A DNA stretch of 58,438 nucleotides from a virus. Lineage: Duplodnaviria; Caudoviricetes. Below the pieces are notes generated by a model, which saw only the letters and a list, made by a program, of their open reading frames with translations, did no database searches and had not been told where the DNA came from. Below, piece by piece: positions 20,726 to 28,847 of this stretch (its first letter is position 1; each line of letters begins with the position of its first letter). The stretch lies in IMG/VR virus record IMGVR_UViG_3300037311_000064, positions 1-58,438 of that record, one strand, 5' to 3'. Both the position numbers and the translations under genes were made by a program.

Positions 20726-21500
20726 CTTCGGGTTTCCTTGCTTTATAAGCTTTTACATACTCTTTCAGTTCTTTACGCTGAATCTTAGCTTCTTTTTTGT
20801 CGTCTGCATGAGAGGGAGACTCAAGAACATTCACTAAACGCTTATGCTCTTCAGCCAGCTTCTTCTTATCTTCTGCTTTGCTGACAGGTTGACAAGATCC
20901 TTCGGAGTACGGTTTTTTACCTGGAGTAGGTTTGTATCCTGCCCAGCATCGGCTCTTAGCTTTCTCAATTACATAATTTTGTAACTGTTGATTATTCAAG
21001 AACTCTTGACGAAGATCTTCGGGCATCTTTTTAAAGATTTCATGTACTGCGTCAGATAAAGATTTTTTCATTGAGCATCTCCAGCGTTTTAGCGCGGCTC
21101 CTTTTGGAGTTAATTTTCCATCTTTGGAAGTCGGTCCTTTTACTCCCGACATTCGAGCGCAGAAGCTTTTTCTTCTTCCAGCTCGTTTTCCTTTTGGATT
21201 CTTCTCCGTTACAGGGGCTTTTAATTTTGATCCAGTTTCTCGATTATACTTCTCGCGAAACTTAGCATTTAGACCGCCAGTAGGTGAATGACGCTTCTTG
21301 TTATAGCCGTGAAAAGGTTTGGCCTTTTCAATCGCTTCGGCAAGCTCGTCATCACTCATCTCAGACCAGTTAGGAAATTGATCTTCCATGGCTAGAAAAA
21401 GCTCTTCATCATGATCAGGAGTAATATCGCCTTTGCTTAGAGATTCGGCGTACTCCTGATAGTAGATATCCTCTTCTAGGTCTAAGATTAAATCTTTCAT
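20718..21500 (-). CDS. Putative internal head protein with DUF6321-like basic domain and CWxGY motif
   Basis: GGLNAKFREKYNRETGSKLKAPV...RRKSFCARM...ALKRWRC and RCWAGYKPTPGKKPYSEGSC segments separated by IEKA/MKKS/VSKA motifs. Confidence 0.6.
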   Translation of the reverse strand: MKDLILDLEEDIYYQEYAESLSKGDITPDHDEELFLAMEDQFPNWSEMSDDELAEAIEKAKPFHGYNKKRHSPTGGLNAKFREKYNRETGSKLKAPVTEKNPKGKRAGRRKSFCARMSGVKGPTSKDGKLTPKGAALKRWRCSMKKSLSDAVHEIFKKMPEDLRQEFLNNQQLQNYVIEKAKSRCWAGYKPTPGKKPYSEGSCQPVSKAEDKKKLAEEHKRLVNVLESPSHADDKKEAKIQRKELKEYVKAYKARKPEVE

Positions 21501-22306
21501 TTCTTTTGTGCGGCAATTTCTGCCTTAAGTTCTTCTTCTGTGTAAGCTTTGTTGTTAATCTTGCTTCCGTTTGCTACATAGTCTTGTGGCGGTCGTTTAG
21601 CGTTAGCTACGATTGTGCCTTCTTTGCTATGAGACAAAACGGAACCAATGCTGTAATCTTGAAACAAACCATCAGCAAACTTAACTTCTTTCTTAGGTTC
21701 TACAACCTCTGTTCCAGCAGCTTCTTTAACTTGCTCAGCTTCTGGAGCAACTGTTTGCAAGGCCTTTAAAAGAACATCAACAGCAATGAGCTTTTGACGC
21801 TCAGAGTCTGTAATCTCCTTTTCACTAAAAGCTTTTGCTAGACGGCCTGCAACTTGCTTTTTAACTTCTTCAGACTTTTTCATGTTCAAGTCTTTCATTA
21901 AAGAAGAAATCTGTTTTTTACGCTTTTGCACTTCTTCCATACAGCGTTTCATCATTTCCTTATCTTGCTTAGCATGCGCTGCTCGCATCATAGCGTCTAA
22001 GGACATTGCCACATCGTAATCTGAAATTTGCTTTTCCACTCTTTTCTCCTCTGTTAAAATCATTGATTTTTTAGCGTCATCTTTTTGAGCTGGTTTAGAA
22101 TCTGGACCTTTGTACTTTCGTTTTCCGGTTTTGGTCTGGATATACTTTCCACCTTTAGGGCCAACATATACTGCGGCCTGCTCTTTTTCAGGCTTATCGG
22201 CTTGCTCTTTCTTTTTGCTTTCTTTTGGGGCTTTTGGCTCATCCATCTTTTTACGCTCAGCTTTGAGCTTTTGGACGAGCTTCTTAATCTTCTGTTTAGA
22301 GTCCAT
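21497..22306 (-). CDS. Lys-rich hypothetical (putative internal head) protein
   Basis: YVGPKGGKY...TGKRKY motif; highly charged; hxK[A/S] motifs. Confidence 0.6.
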   Translation of the reverse strand: MDSKQKIKKLVQKLKAERKKMDEPKAPKESKKKEQADKPEKEQAAVYVGPKGGKYIQTKTGKRKYKGPDSKPAQKDDAKKSMILTEEKRVEKQISDYDVAMSLDAMMRAAHAKQDKEMMKRCMEEVQKRKKQISSLMKDLNMKKSEEVKKQVAGRLAKAFSEKEITDSERQKLIAVDVLLKALQTVAPEAEQVKEAAGTEVVEPKKEVKFADGLFQDYSIGSVLSHSKEGTIVANAKRPPQDYVANGSKINNKAYTEEELKAEIAAQKK

Positions 22307-23085
22307 TACAGTCCTTCCTTTTTTCTTCGTTGAGCAGAAGCTACCAGATCCTCTTTGAACTTTTTCATAGCAGATCTATACTCGTCCTGCAAAGCAAAAA
22401 CCTTTTTTCTAGTCATACCAGCTTCTGGAAGCTTACTTCTATCATCTTGATGCGCGGTATCCAACATGTTCATAGCTCGTTGTTTTAGCTCAGTTAGCTC
22501 ACCCATTTGTCTCTGAAGCTTCATTTTATCGGCAGGGTGTAGCTTATCTTTAAGAGAATCAAAGAACACTTTGGTTTGTTGTTTGGCGTCTTCTCCAGCA
22601 GCTCTTTTAGGAGAGGCGTCCTCGTGGGAGTCGTGAGCTTCGCCTGTAGCGATGTTAACCCACATGGTCTCCCCTGTACGCTTACTTACGACCTTCTTAC
22701 GACCGTTCCTAATAGTACCTACAGGATCTCCTTGTTTCATATTACCAGATGCTGCTGGCTTTGCGCTAGGGCTTTTGGCGTTCTCCCCTACCTGGGCTAC
22801 GAGCTTATTAGGCCCTGATAAGGTCCTAGGTCCATCAGCCTTCTCAAGCTCACTATTCTCTAGTGATTTACTCAACATTGATAAAAGCTTCTCACGAGGA
22901 TAAGCGAACTTATTGGCCTTAATGTCCTCTAGGATGCAGATCTTAGAGTCCGGTTGAGTTAAGACTTTGTAATCGTTGTTGAACAAAGTAATATAAGTGC
23001 CTTGCTCAGGCATCTTACCTTTTATCAAGGTTTCCTTGAGCTTGGCAAGCTTTCGGGATTTTATGAAATCCTTGATGGTTGACAT
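22306..23085 (-). CDS. Hypothetical (putative internal head) protein
   Basis: DPVGTIRNGRKKV motif; FIKS/LIKG/LSKS/LEKA motifs; 1-nt overlaps with neighbours. Confidence 0.6.
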   Translation of the reverse strand: MSTIKDFIKSRKLAKLKETLIKGKMPEQGTYITLFNNDYKVLTQPDSKICILEDIKANKFAYPREKLLSMLSKSLENSELEKADGPRTLSGPNKLVAQVGENAKSPSAKPAASGNMKQGDPVGTIRNGRKKVVSKRTGETMWVNIATGEAHDSHEDASPKRAAGEDAKQQTKVFFDSLKDKLHPADKMKLQRQMGELTELKQRAMNMLDTAHQDDRSKLPEAGMTRKKVFALQDEYRSAMKKFKEDLVASAQRRKKEGL

Positions 23086-23741
23086 TACTTCCTCGACATC
23101 TGTTTAATCGCAAACAAGGTTTGCTGAAAAGACTCTTTATAGAGATCCCAATCAGTCAGTAAAGCTTGAGCAGCTTCGGAGTCTGATTTGTAATCTGCAA
23201 ACTTTTGATTGCGTCTCCAAGATTTAAGCGCTTTGCGAATAACTTCTTGGTCAGCCTTTTTATGTTTAAAATCATCTACGAAAGCTTTAATAGACTTTCG
23301 AAGCTCTAATTCTACATCACCAAACTTGATCTTAAGAGACATACCTTGAGCAGGCGCAGCGACTACCGGCTTAGCTTCCATGTCCTCGCCTTCTGACTGT
23401 GTAAGATCGTAATCACCAACACAACCTTTAACCATAAGGGTTTTAGCGACCATAGCAAGAGTATGAGCGTCAAACTTTTCAACTATCTGACCAGTCTCAT
23501 CTTGAAAAAATCCGCTAAAAAGGCCTGCATCTTTGTTAGCTAAAGTCAAAACTCCCTTTTGAAGGGTAATCTTATGAACCTGCTCGCCCTTCTTTATTTG
23601 AGAAGCAAGTTTATCTAAAAAAGGCTTTGGAGTTCCTTCTTCTGCAGCTTGTTGATCTTTAGCATCAATGATGATCTGCGAATCTGGGAAATCGTAAGAC
23701 TTGGCTAGAAAATCTTTTACAAAAGTTTTTGGTGTTTTCAT
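23085..23741 (-). CDS. Hypothetical (putative internal head) protein
   Basis: 218-aa ORF in operon; LAKS/LRKS/IRKA motifs. Confidence 0.6.
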   Translation of the reverse strand: MKTPKTFVKDFLAKSYDFPDSQIIIDAKDQQAAEEGTPKPFLDKLASQIKKGEQVHKITLQKGVLTLANKDAGLFSGFFQDETGQIVEKFDAHTLAMVAKTLMVKGCVGDYDLTQSEGEDMEAKPVVAAPAQGMSLKIKFGDVELELRKSIKAFVDDFKHKKADQEVIRKALKSWRRNQKFADYKSDSEAAQALLTDWDLYKESFQQTLFAIKQMSRK

Positions 23742-23747
23742 AAATCC

Positions 23748-24539
23748 TTACGGCACTGTAAACGCAAAGCCATTATAATATTTGTGCGCTACTTTGATGT
23801 ACTCTTCAAGTTTTTTTCTATAAGATTCAATTCGAGCAGAGTAAAGACCTGAGTTTGACGAAGCTGTTGTAGCTTTACCAACTCCAGCGCCGTCCATGTT
23901 AACATTCTCACTGGCGATTGGAGTTCCTAGAGTGATATCACCCAACATCTCAAATAAAGAGATTGAGGCTTGTAGGCCAATCATCTCATTAAGAATAACA
24001 GGAATCTGATCATTACAAAATCCTGCTGTATAAGTGACTTCAAACATGTGCGGCCAATGATCTTTAGATCCAAAGATAATAGGAACATAGCTGCCGCCCT
24101 GGGTAATTACCAAGCTATTAAAGGTACCCTGAACCGGAGCTAGCTGTACCTGCGCAGCTTCCTTTTCAACAACAAACCACTCTGGAGGAAAGTTCACAAG
24201 CTCTCTGTTATTAGGAAACTTCGCTTTTAGTGTTGTGACTTCTTTAACAGGTCGCTTTTTTAATTGTAAAAAGTTGAACTCTTGATAATCAACGGCTCGA
24301 TAGTCGTGCTTGTCTACTATCTCAGTTGGAAAGATAACAACATCCAACTTGTGCTCAATATACGAAACTGCGGCGTTAATGTGATGTTGATAAACTTCAT
24401 CAGGAATCGGGTTTCCTTTGACATCTGTCATGTCAATACCAAAAAGATAGCGCAACTTCAATTGCTCAGGTGTAATAAGACCTTCTGCTCTTGAGAAGCC
24501 AGCAGAGGAAACTGCATTTGGAGGAAACTGAAAACTCAT
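23748..24539 (-). CDS. Head-tail adaptor / neck protein
   Basis: LKLRYLFGID...INAAVSYIEHKLD...LKKRPV...VTYTAGF...IPVILNEMI pattern of SPO1/Twort-like adaptors. Confidence 0.7.
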   Translation of the reverse strand: MSFQFPPNAVSSAGFSRAEGLITPEQLKLRYLFGIDMTDVKGNPIPDEVYQHHINAAVSYIEHKLDVVIFPTEIVDKHDYRAVDYQEFNFLQLKKRPVKEVTTLKAKFPNNRELVNFPPEWFVVEKEAAQVQLAPVQGTFNSLVITQGGSYVPIIFGSKDHWPHMFEVTYTAGFCNDQIPVILNEMIGLQASISLFEMLGDITLGTPIASENVNMDGAGVGKATTASSNSGLYSARIESYRKKLEEYIKVAHKYYNGFAFTVP

Positions 24540-24547
24540 TTTTATTC

Positions 24548-24808
24548 CTAAACCCTAAAGAAAGGGTCTTCTTGTGTGTTGCAGTAGATCATCTTTTGCG
24601 GATTTTCTTCTGCCACTTTTTCAATTAAGAATATCGGATTAAACTCCAACATTCTGTCCATCAAAAGAACCTTTAGAGCTTTCTGTACTTGCTCATCAGA
24701 GTTCTTATATTTTTCAAGCATGCGCTCAAAGAACAAGATGTCGTTCGGATTTTTTCTTGCGTACTCTAAGTCTGCCTCTAGTTGTTCAACTTTGCTGTAG
24801 GCTTTCAT
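24548..24808 (-). CDS. Hypothetical protein
   Basis: 86-aa ORF, ATGA overlap with upstream peptidase. Confidence 0.55.
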   Translation of the reverse strand: MKAYSKVEQLEADLEYARKNPNDILFFERMLEKYKNSDEQVQKALKVLLMDRMLEFNPIFLIEKVAEENPQKMIYCNTQEDPFFRV

Positions 24809-25212
24809 TTTTTCTTCCTAAAATCCCAACGAGCTTTGCCCTTTACTGTAAGAGGCCTGCTATCGATGTGCGTAAAAGTATCATAGCGTCCAAGACCGTT
24901 AAAACTTGGCTCGCAGATATCAGCTACTTGGTCAGGGGTTAAACCTGCTACAGTAATATCTGTTGCGTCGCCGACTACATGTCTAGAGCTTGTAGCTCCA
25001 CCAACGGCTTTGTTGTGATCAGGGCAGCGGTAGGCTGAAGTAATTTTAATAGATCTGCCTAGTCGGTCACGAAGCTTCTGTAAAGCCTCTACATGATCTA
25101 AGTCAATTATAGTCTCAGAGCATTTAGAGCAAGAGCAATCAAACTCACTACTATTAAAGTTTTTAGTGAGTTGTACATTTGCCTTTTTCTTAAACGCTCT
25201 TAACTTAGCCAT
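24805..25212 (-). CDS. Peptidase M15A family (putative endolysin)
   Basis: LTKNFNSSEFDC, ITSAYRCPDHNKAVGGATSSRH..GDATDI, GLGRYDTFTHID Zn-peptidase motifs; ATG at 25212. Confidence 0.88.
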   Translation of the reverse strand: MAKLRAFKKKANVQLTKNFNSSEFDCSCSKCSETIIDLDHVEALQKLRDRLGRSIKITSAYRCPDHNKAVGGATSSRHVVGDATDITVAGLTPDQVADICEPSFNGLGRYDTFTHIDSRPLTVKGKARWDFRKKK

Positions 25213-25592
25213 TAGCAACTTCCATCAAGTATAACTTTTTGCAGACCAAACTGCAATACCGCAAACTTAGTATCCAATCCTTCTACGATTTTTACAACTA
25301 AATTCTGCCCAATAACTTGAGCTGTCTCAAGTTCGGACAATTCAAACTCTACGATTGATCTGTCATCGGCGAAAGTAAAAGCGCAAGTCTTAGTTAAGAT
25401 AGTGTTATCTGAGCGCTTTAAATCAACTGTGATAACAGCGGCTGGGTCTGGAATGTACCGGATTTTTTTGTCTGCTTGCCACAGACGCAGGATAACTTTT
25501 GCAGTTTGACCTGAAGCAAAGCTAAACACTTTTCCCAATGAGTGCGAATTTAATTGAGGATTGCTGGATACAACATCTAGAGTTAGTACCAC
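25212..25592 (-). CDS. Hypothetical beta-rich virion protein
   Basis: 126-aa ORF tightly packed in operon. Confidence 0.55.
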   Translation of the reverse strand: MVLTLDVVSSNPQLNSHSLGKVFSFASGQTAKVILRLWQADKKIRYIPDPAAVITVDLKRSDNTILTKTCAFTFADDRSIVEFELSELETAQVIGQNLVVKIVEGLDTKFAVLQFGLQKVILDGSC

Positions 25593-25593
25593 A

Positions 25594-25986
25594 TTAACCT
25601 CCTAAAAGCTTGATAAGCTCTACAATACCTGCTACCGCAGTGGCTACGGCTGCAAGCCAAATGATACCCTTCTTAGTAGTTAGAATCCATTTCCATGGAG
25701 TTTCCAAAACAGATACGCGTTTATCAAGCGTTTGAACATTTTCTGACATTTCTTTTCTAAGAGCAGCTTCTCGAAGCTTATTGTCAGCTTCCAGCCTATC
25801 GCTTCTTTTGGCGTGCTCAGCCAAAAGCTCGTTTTGATGTGCGTCTAAAACCCTGATGGCCTCAAACTCTTGCTCAGTTCGAAGAACATGTAAATCTAGC
25901 TTTTTATCTAAAGAGGTTACTACTTCGTGGGTTTTATCAAGCTTATCTAGCATTCTGGCAATTAACTGTTCATCAAGCTTACTCAT
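25594..25986 (-). CDS. Putative holin-like membrane protein
   Basis: Coiled coil followed by single C-terminal TM helix (GIIWLAAVATAVAGIVELI); near M15 peptidase. Confidence 0.5.
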   Translation of the reverse strand: MSKLDEQLIARMLDKLDKTHEVVTSLDKKLDLHVLRTEQEFEAIRVLDAHQNELLAEHAKRSDRLEADNKLREAALRKEMSENVQTLDKRVSVLETPWKWILTTKKGIIWLAAVATAVAGIVELIKLLGG

Positions 25987-25993
25987 AAGTCCT

Positions 25994-26494
25994 CTATACT
26001 TCTACGCTATTCATTTGTTTTAGAGCTTCTTCTATGTGGTCAGGTCGTACTAAAAAAGACGGCCTATCAAACTTTGCCCCTAGTTCAAGCAGGAGTTCTG
26101 CCAACAGCTCAGAACAAATATAACCACGGCTATTGTCTATTATTTTACACTGAAATCCAAGTAAATCACAAGCATCTTTGATAACGATCTTGGCTAATTC
26201 CTTATAACCGTAATCCTCACCTGCAAGGTCTATACAGCGCTGCATAAGCTTTACATGCTGCTCATCTTGAATCTCAATCTCATAAGCTTTTATAAGATTA
26301 TTCTCTTGAAGCATCCGTTCCATAGACAAGAAATGAACGCTTCCATGAGCGGCGTGATAAACTAATACTCTACTAATTTTGTCAGACTTCCAAGCTACAA
26401 AAACATGGGAATAAGGTTTTTGAATCCAAAGCTTTATGGCTTCGGCACCCACCTTCCAAGACTTTGGGCTTGAGAATCCAACAATAAGTTTCAT
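25994..26494 (-). CDS. Permuted papain-like amidase (YiiX/YebB-type NlpC/P60)
   Basis: PYSHV N-terminal His, G.DYG, YICSELLA Cys and RPDHI motifs in permuted order. Confidence 0.75.
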   Translation of the reverse strand: MKLIVGFSSPKSWKVGAEAIKLWIQKPYSHVFVAWKSDKISRVLVYHAAHGSVHFLSMERMLQENNLIKAYEIEIQDEQHVKLMQRCIDLAGEDYGYKELAKIVIKDACDLLGFQCKIIDNSRGYICSELLAELLLELGAKFDRPSFLVRPDHIEEALKQMNSVEV

Positions 26495-26961
26495 TACAGC
26501 ATCCTAGAGGCTATAAGAGCTGACCAGCGGTTTATCATCTCTTGTGTTACGAATCCAGAAGGTTGCTTTTGAGAGAGTCTGTGTAAGGCTGTTGGCCAAG
26601 CTCCTTCTCGAATCCTAGTTAGAACATCGGCAAAATCATCAAACATTTGATCTGACTGCTCTACCGTGATACCTAATAGAGTGTTTTCAGCGTAAAGATC
26701 TCTAAGAAGTTCACTCGCGTTATCTTGATAATGCTTAATTCGTGATTTAATAAGCTTAGGTAGATCAGGCATCTGACTTGCAGAAGGTTGAAGTTGATTC
26801 CCTACCAATACCCAACCTAACTCTGGTTCAACTAGTAAGTCGTGAATGTCTAAAATTAATTGATGCTTTTTAGCTAAATCCGAAAACTCAGACTCAGAAA
26901 TTACCTTGATATCTACTACGGTATTGTCATCAAGAACTGCGTGCTTTCTCATATTACTCAT
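26494..26961 (-). CDS. Hypothetical protein (possible fibre chaperone)
   Basis: HAVLDDNTVVDI...PELGW pattern resembles tail-fibre assembly proteins. Confidence 0.45.
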   Translation of the reverse strand: MSNMRKHAVLDDNTVVDIKVISESEFSDLAKKHQLILDIHDLLVEPELGWVLVGNQLQPSASQMPDLPKLIKSRIKHYQDNASELLRDLYAENTLLGITVEQSDQMFDDFADVLTRIREGAWPTALHRLSQKQPSGFVTQEMINRWSALIASRML

Positions 26962-27490
26962 CCAACTTGTTTAAGTCTAGGAATCTTACATCAGAGCGCA
27001 GCCTTACAATGCTGTCATAAGATCCTAAGTGGTTAACATAGATTCGATCTCTAAAAGTTTTAGATAGTCGAGTCAAAACTACTTCCACCATTAAGGTGGA
27101 GTCTCCATCCAGTTCTGCCGAAGTTAAAGCGGAAAGATTTACATCAGCAAAAAAATAATTATTTACAGTGGGTGTGCCGGTCACTACGGTAAGCAACTCT
27201 TCTGTCCAATTCGGAGTCGTGACTTTAAAAATTCTAAAAGTGCAAGAGCCTGCGTTGTCAACGCTTCCAAAATCTAAGTTGTAAAGGTAAGCTGCTAAGC
27301 GAATACTATCAAAATCTGAAGTATCAAACTCTGCGGCAAGTTTTAACCTACGATCACCAACAGTAAAAGCAGAAAAAGGCCCTATCAAAATCTGCGATCT
27401 TTTTGATTGGTTAACTAAAAAACGCTTATTAATATCGCGTTTTAAAATCTGCCACTTTCTAGAACTGTGAGGTGCCAGTAACTTTCCCAT
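26954..27490 (-). CDS. Hypothetical virion protein
   Basis: 178-aa ORF in operon. Confidence 0.55.
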   Translation of the reverse strand: MGKLLAPHSSRKWQILKRDINKRFLVNQSKRSQILIGPFSAFTVGDRRLKLAAEFDTSDFDSIRLAAYLYNLDFGSVDNAGSCTFRIFKVTTPNWTEELLTVVTGTPTVNNYFFADVNLSALTSAELDGDSTLMVEVVLTRLSKTFRDRIYVNHLGSYDSIVRLRSDVRFLDLNKLDE

Positions 27491-27491
27491 A

Positions 27492-28847
27492 CTATGATCC
27501 TAATGGGCTAAAGGCGTGGAACGACTCTCTTACGACTCCGTCCACTTCTATAGTTAGAGTTACTGAGAAATAAGTTAGATCAGTAATTAATGCGGCAGAA
27601 ACAGGGGTAATTAAAAATCTACCATCAACATTTGCTGAAATACCTATTTGAGTTAAACCTGGAACTGGGGTTCCTGCTGCGTCGTAAACTGTATAGCTTG
27701 CTGTGCCAAGAGCGGCACCTTTTTTAACTTTACCGTCAGCTTCGCACCACAAAAATCCAATTAATTGATTTAATCCATTAACGCTAAAGTGGGCAAAACA
27801 CTCGTAAGAAGGTACTTTACCGAGTATAGGCAGGTACTCTGATCTAATAACTGAATCGACTTCAACGGAAACTCTCACAATATAAAATGATAAATCGGCA
27901 GTTAATGAGCTGAGAACTGGAGTAATTTTAAATTGGCCGTTGGCATCGGCGACAATACCAGACTCAGCCATTCCAGGAACTAGGGTTCCATTTTGATCAA
28001 AAACTTGATAAGAGGCTGTTCCAAGCCTTGCTGGATTTGTGATTATTTGCTCTGCTGCGGATGCCCAGAAAGTTCCAGTTAATTCGTTATCAGTAGTTAA
28101 ACCAAACGCGCCGTCAATTTCATATTCAGGTACCGGCTGGATTAAAGGTACATAATCAGATCGGTCAGCCCCATCTACCTCAACAGTAACTCTAACCATA
28201 TAATGATCTAAGTTTTGATTTAAAGAGGAGTTTACTGGAGTGATTTTGAATTGACCGTTTGCGTCCGCAATAATTCCTGACTGAGACATGCCGACAACGG
28301 CGATTCCGTTTTTATCAAAAACTTGATAAGATGCGGTTCCTAAAACTGAATTTGAACTTGTTGCAAGAATTGAGTTTTTTAAAGCCCAAATAGTCCCCTG
28401 AAATTGTCCAGAAGCATTTAATGCAAAAGCACCTTCTGCATTGTAAACTTCTGCCGATGTGAATACTCCAGTGGAAATAACAGAATCAGAGATTAAGTTT
28501 GTGTCTCTATTTCCTACAGCATCAACAGCTCTGACGCCTAAGTGATAAATAGTTCCGTTTACTAAAAATTGACCATCAGGAGTAGTCCAAGTATCAAATT
28601 GAAGCTTATCTGTAATTCCTACAATATTACTTAAGTTAAAAAGACCAAAAGCTGAACCAGCCTGGATATAGATCTCATAATAAATTGGAGTGCTAGGGTC
28701 TGATGCTGCGGCCCAGGTGGTTCTAATTTGACCTCTGGATTCTACACGCGCCTCCACAAGTCCTGCAAAAGTGGGTGGAGTTAGATCCACTATGCAGGCT
28801 TGAGATGAGCCTTGATAAAAACTGTCGCTGACTAAAATATCAGCCAT
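27492..28847 (-). CDS. Virion protein with FN3-like N-domain and three ~105-aa Ig-like repeats
   Basis: Three copies of LGTASY.V.D..G..V.G....GI.A...G.F.ITPV...L...L..Y.V....EVD...R. Confidence 0.7.
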   Translation of the reverse strand: MADILVSDSFYQGSSQACIVDLTPPTFAGLVEARVESRGQIRTTWAAASDPSTPIYYEIYIQAGSAFGLFNLSNIVGITDKLQFDTWTTPDGQFLVNGTIYHLGVRAVDAVGNRDTNLISDSVISTGVFTSAEVYNAEGAFALNASGQFQGTIWALKNSILATSSNSVLGTASYQVFDKNGIAVVGMSQSGIIADANGQFKITPVNSSLNQNLDHYMVRVTVEVDGADRSDYVPLIQPVPEYEIDGAFGLTTDNELTGTFWASAAEQIITNPARLGTASYQVFDQNGTLVPGMAESGIVADANGQFKITPVLSSLTADLSFYIVRVSVEVDSVIRSEYLPILGKVPSYECFAHFSVNGLNQLIGFLWCEADGKVKKGAALGTASYTVYDAAGTPVPGLTQIGISANVDGRFLITPVSAALITDLTYFSVTLTIEVDGVVRESFHAFSPLGS

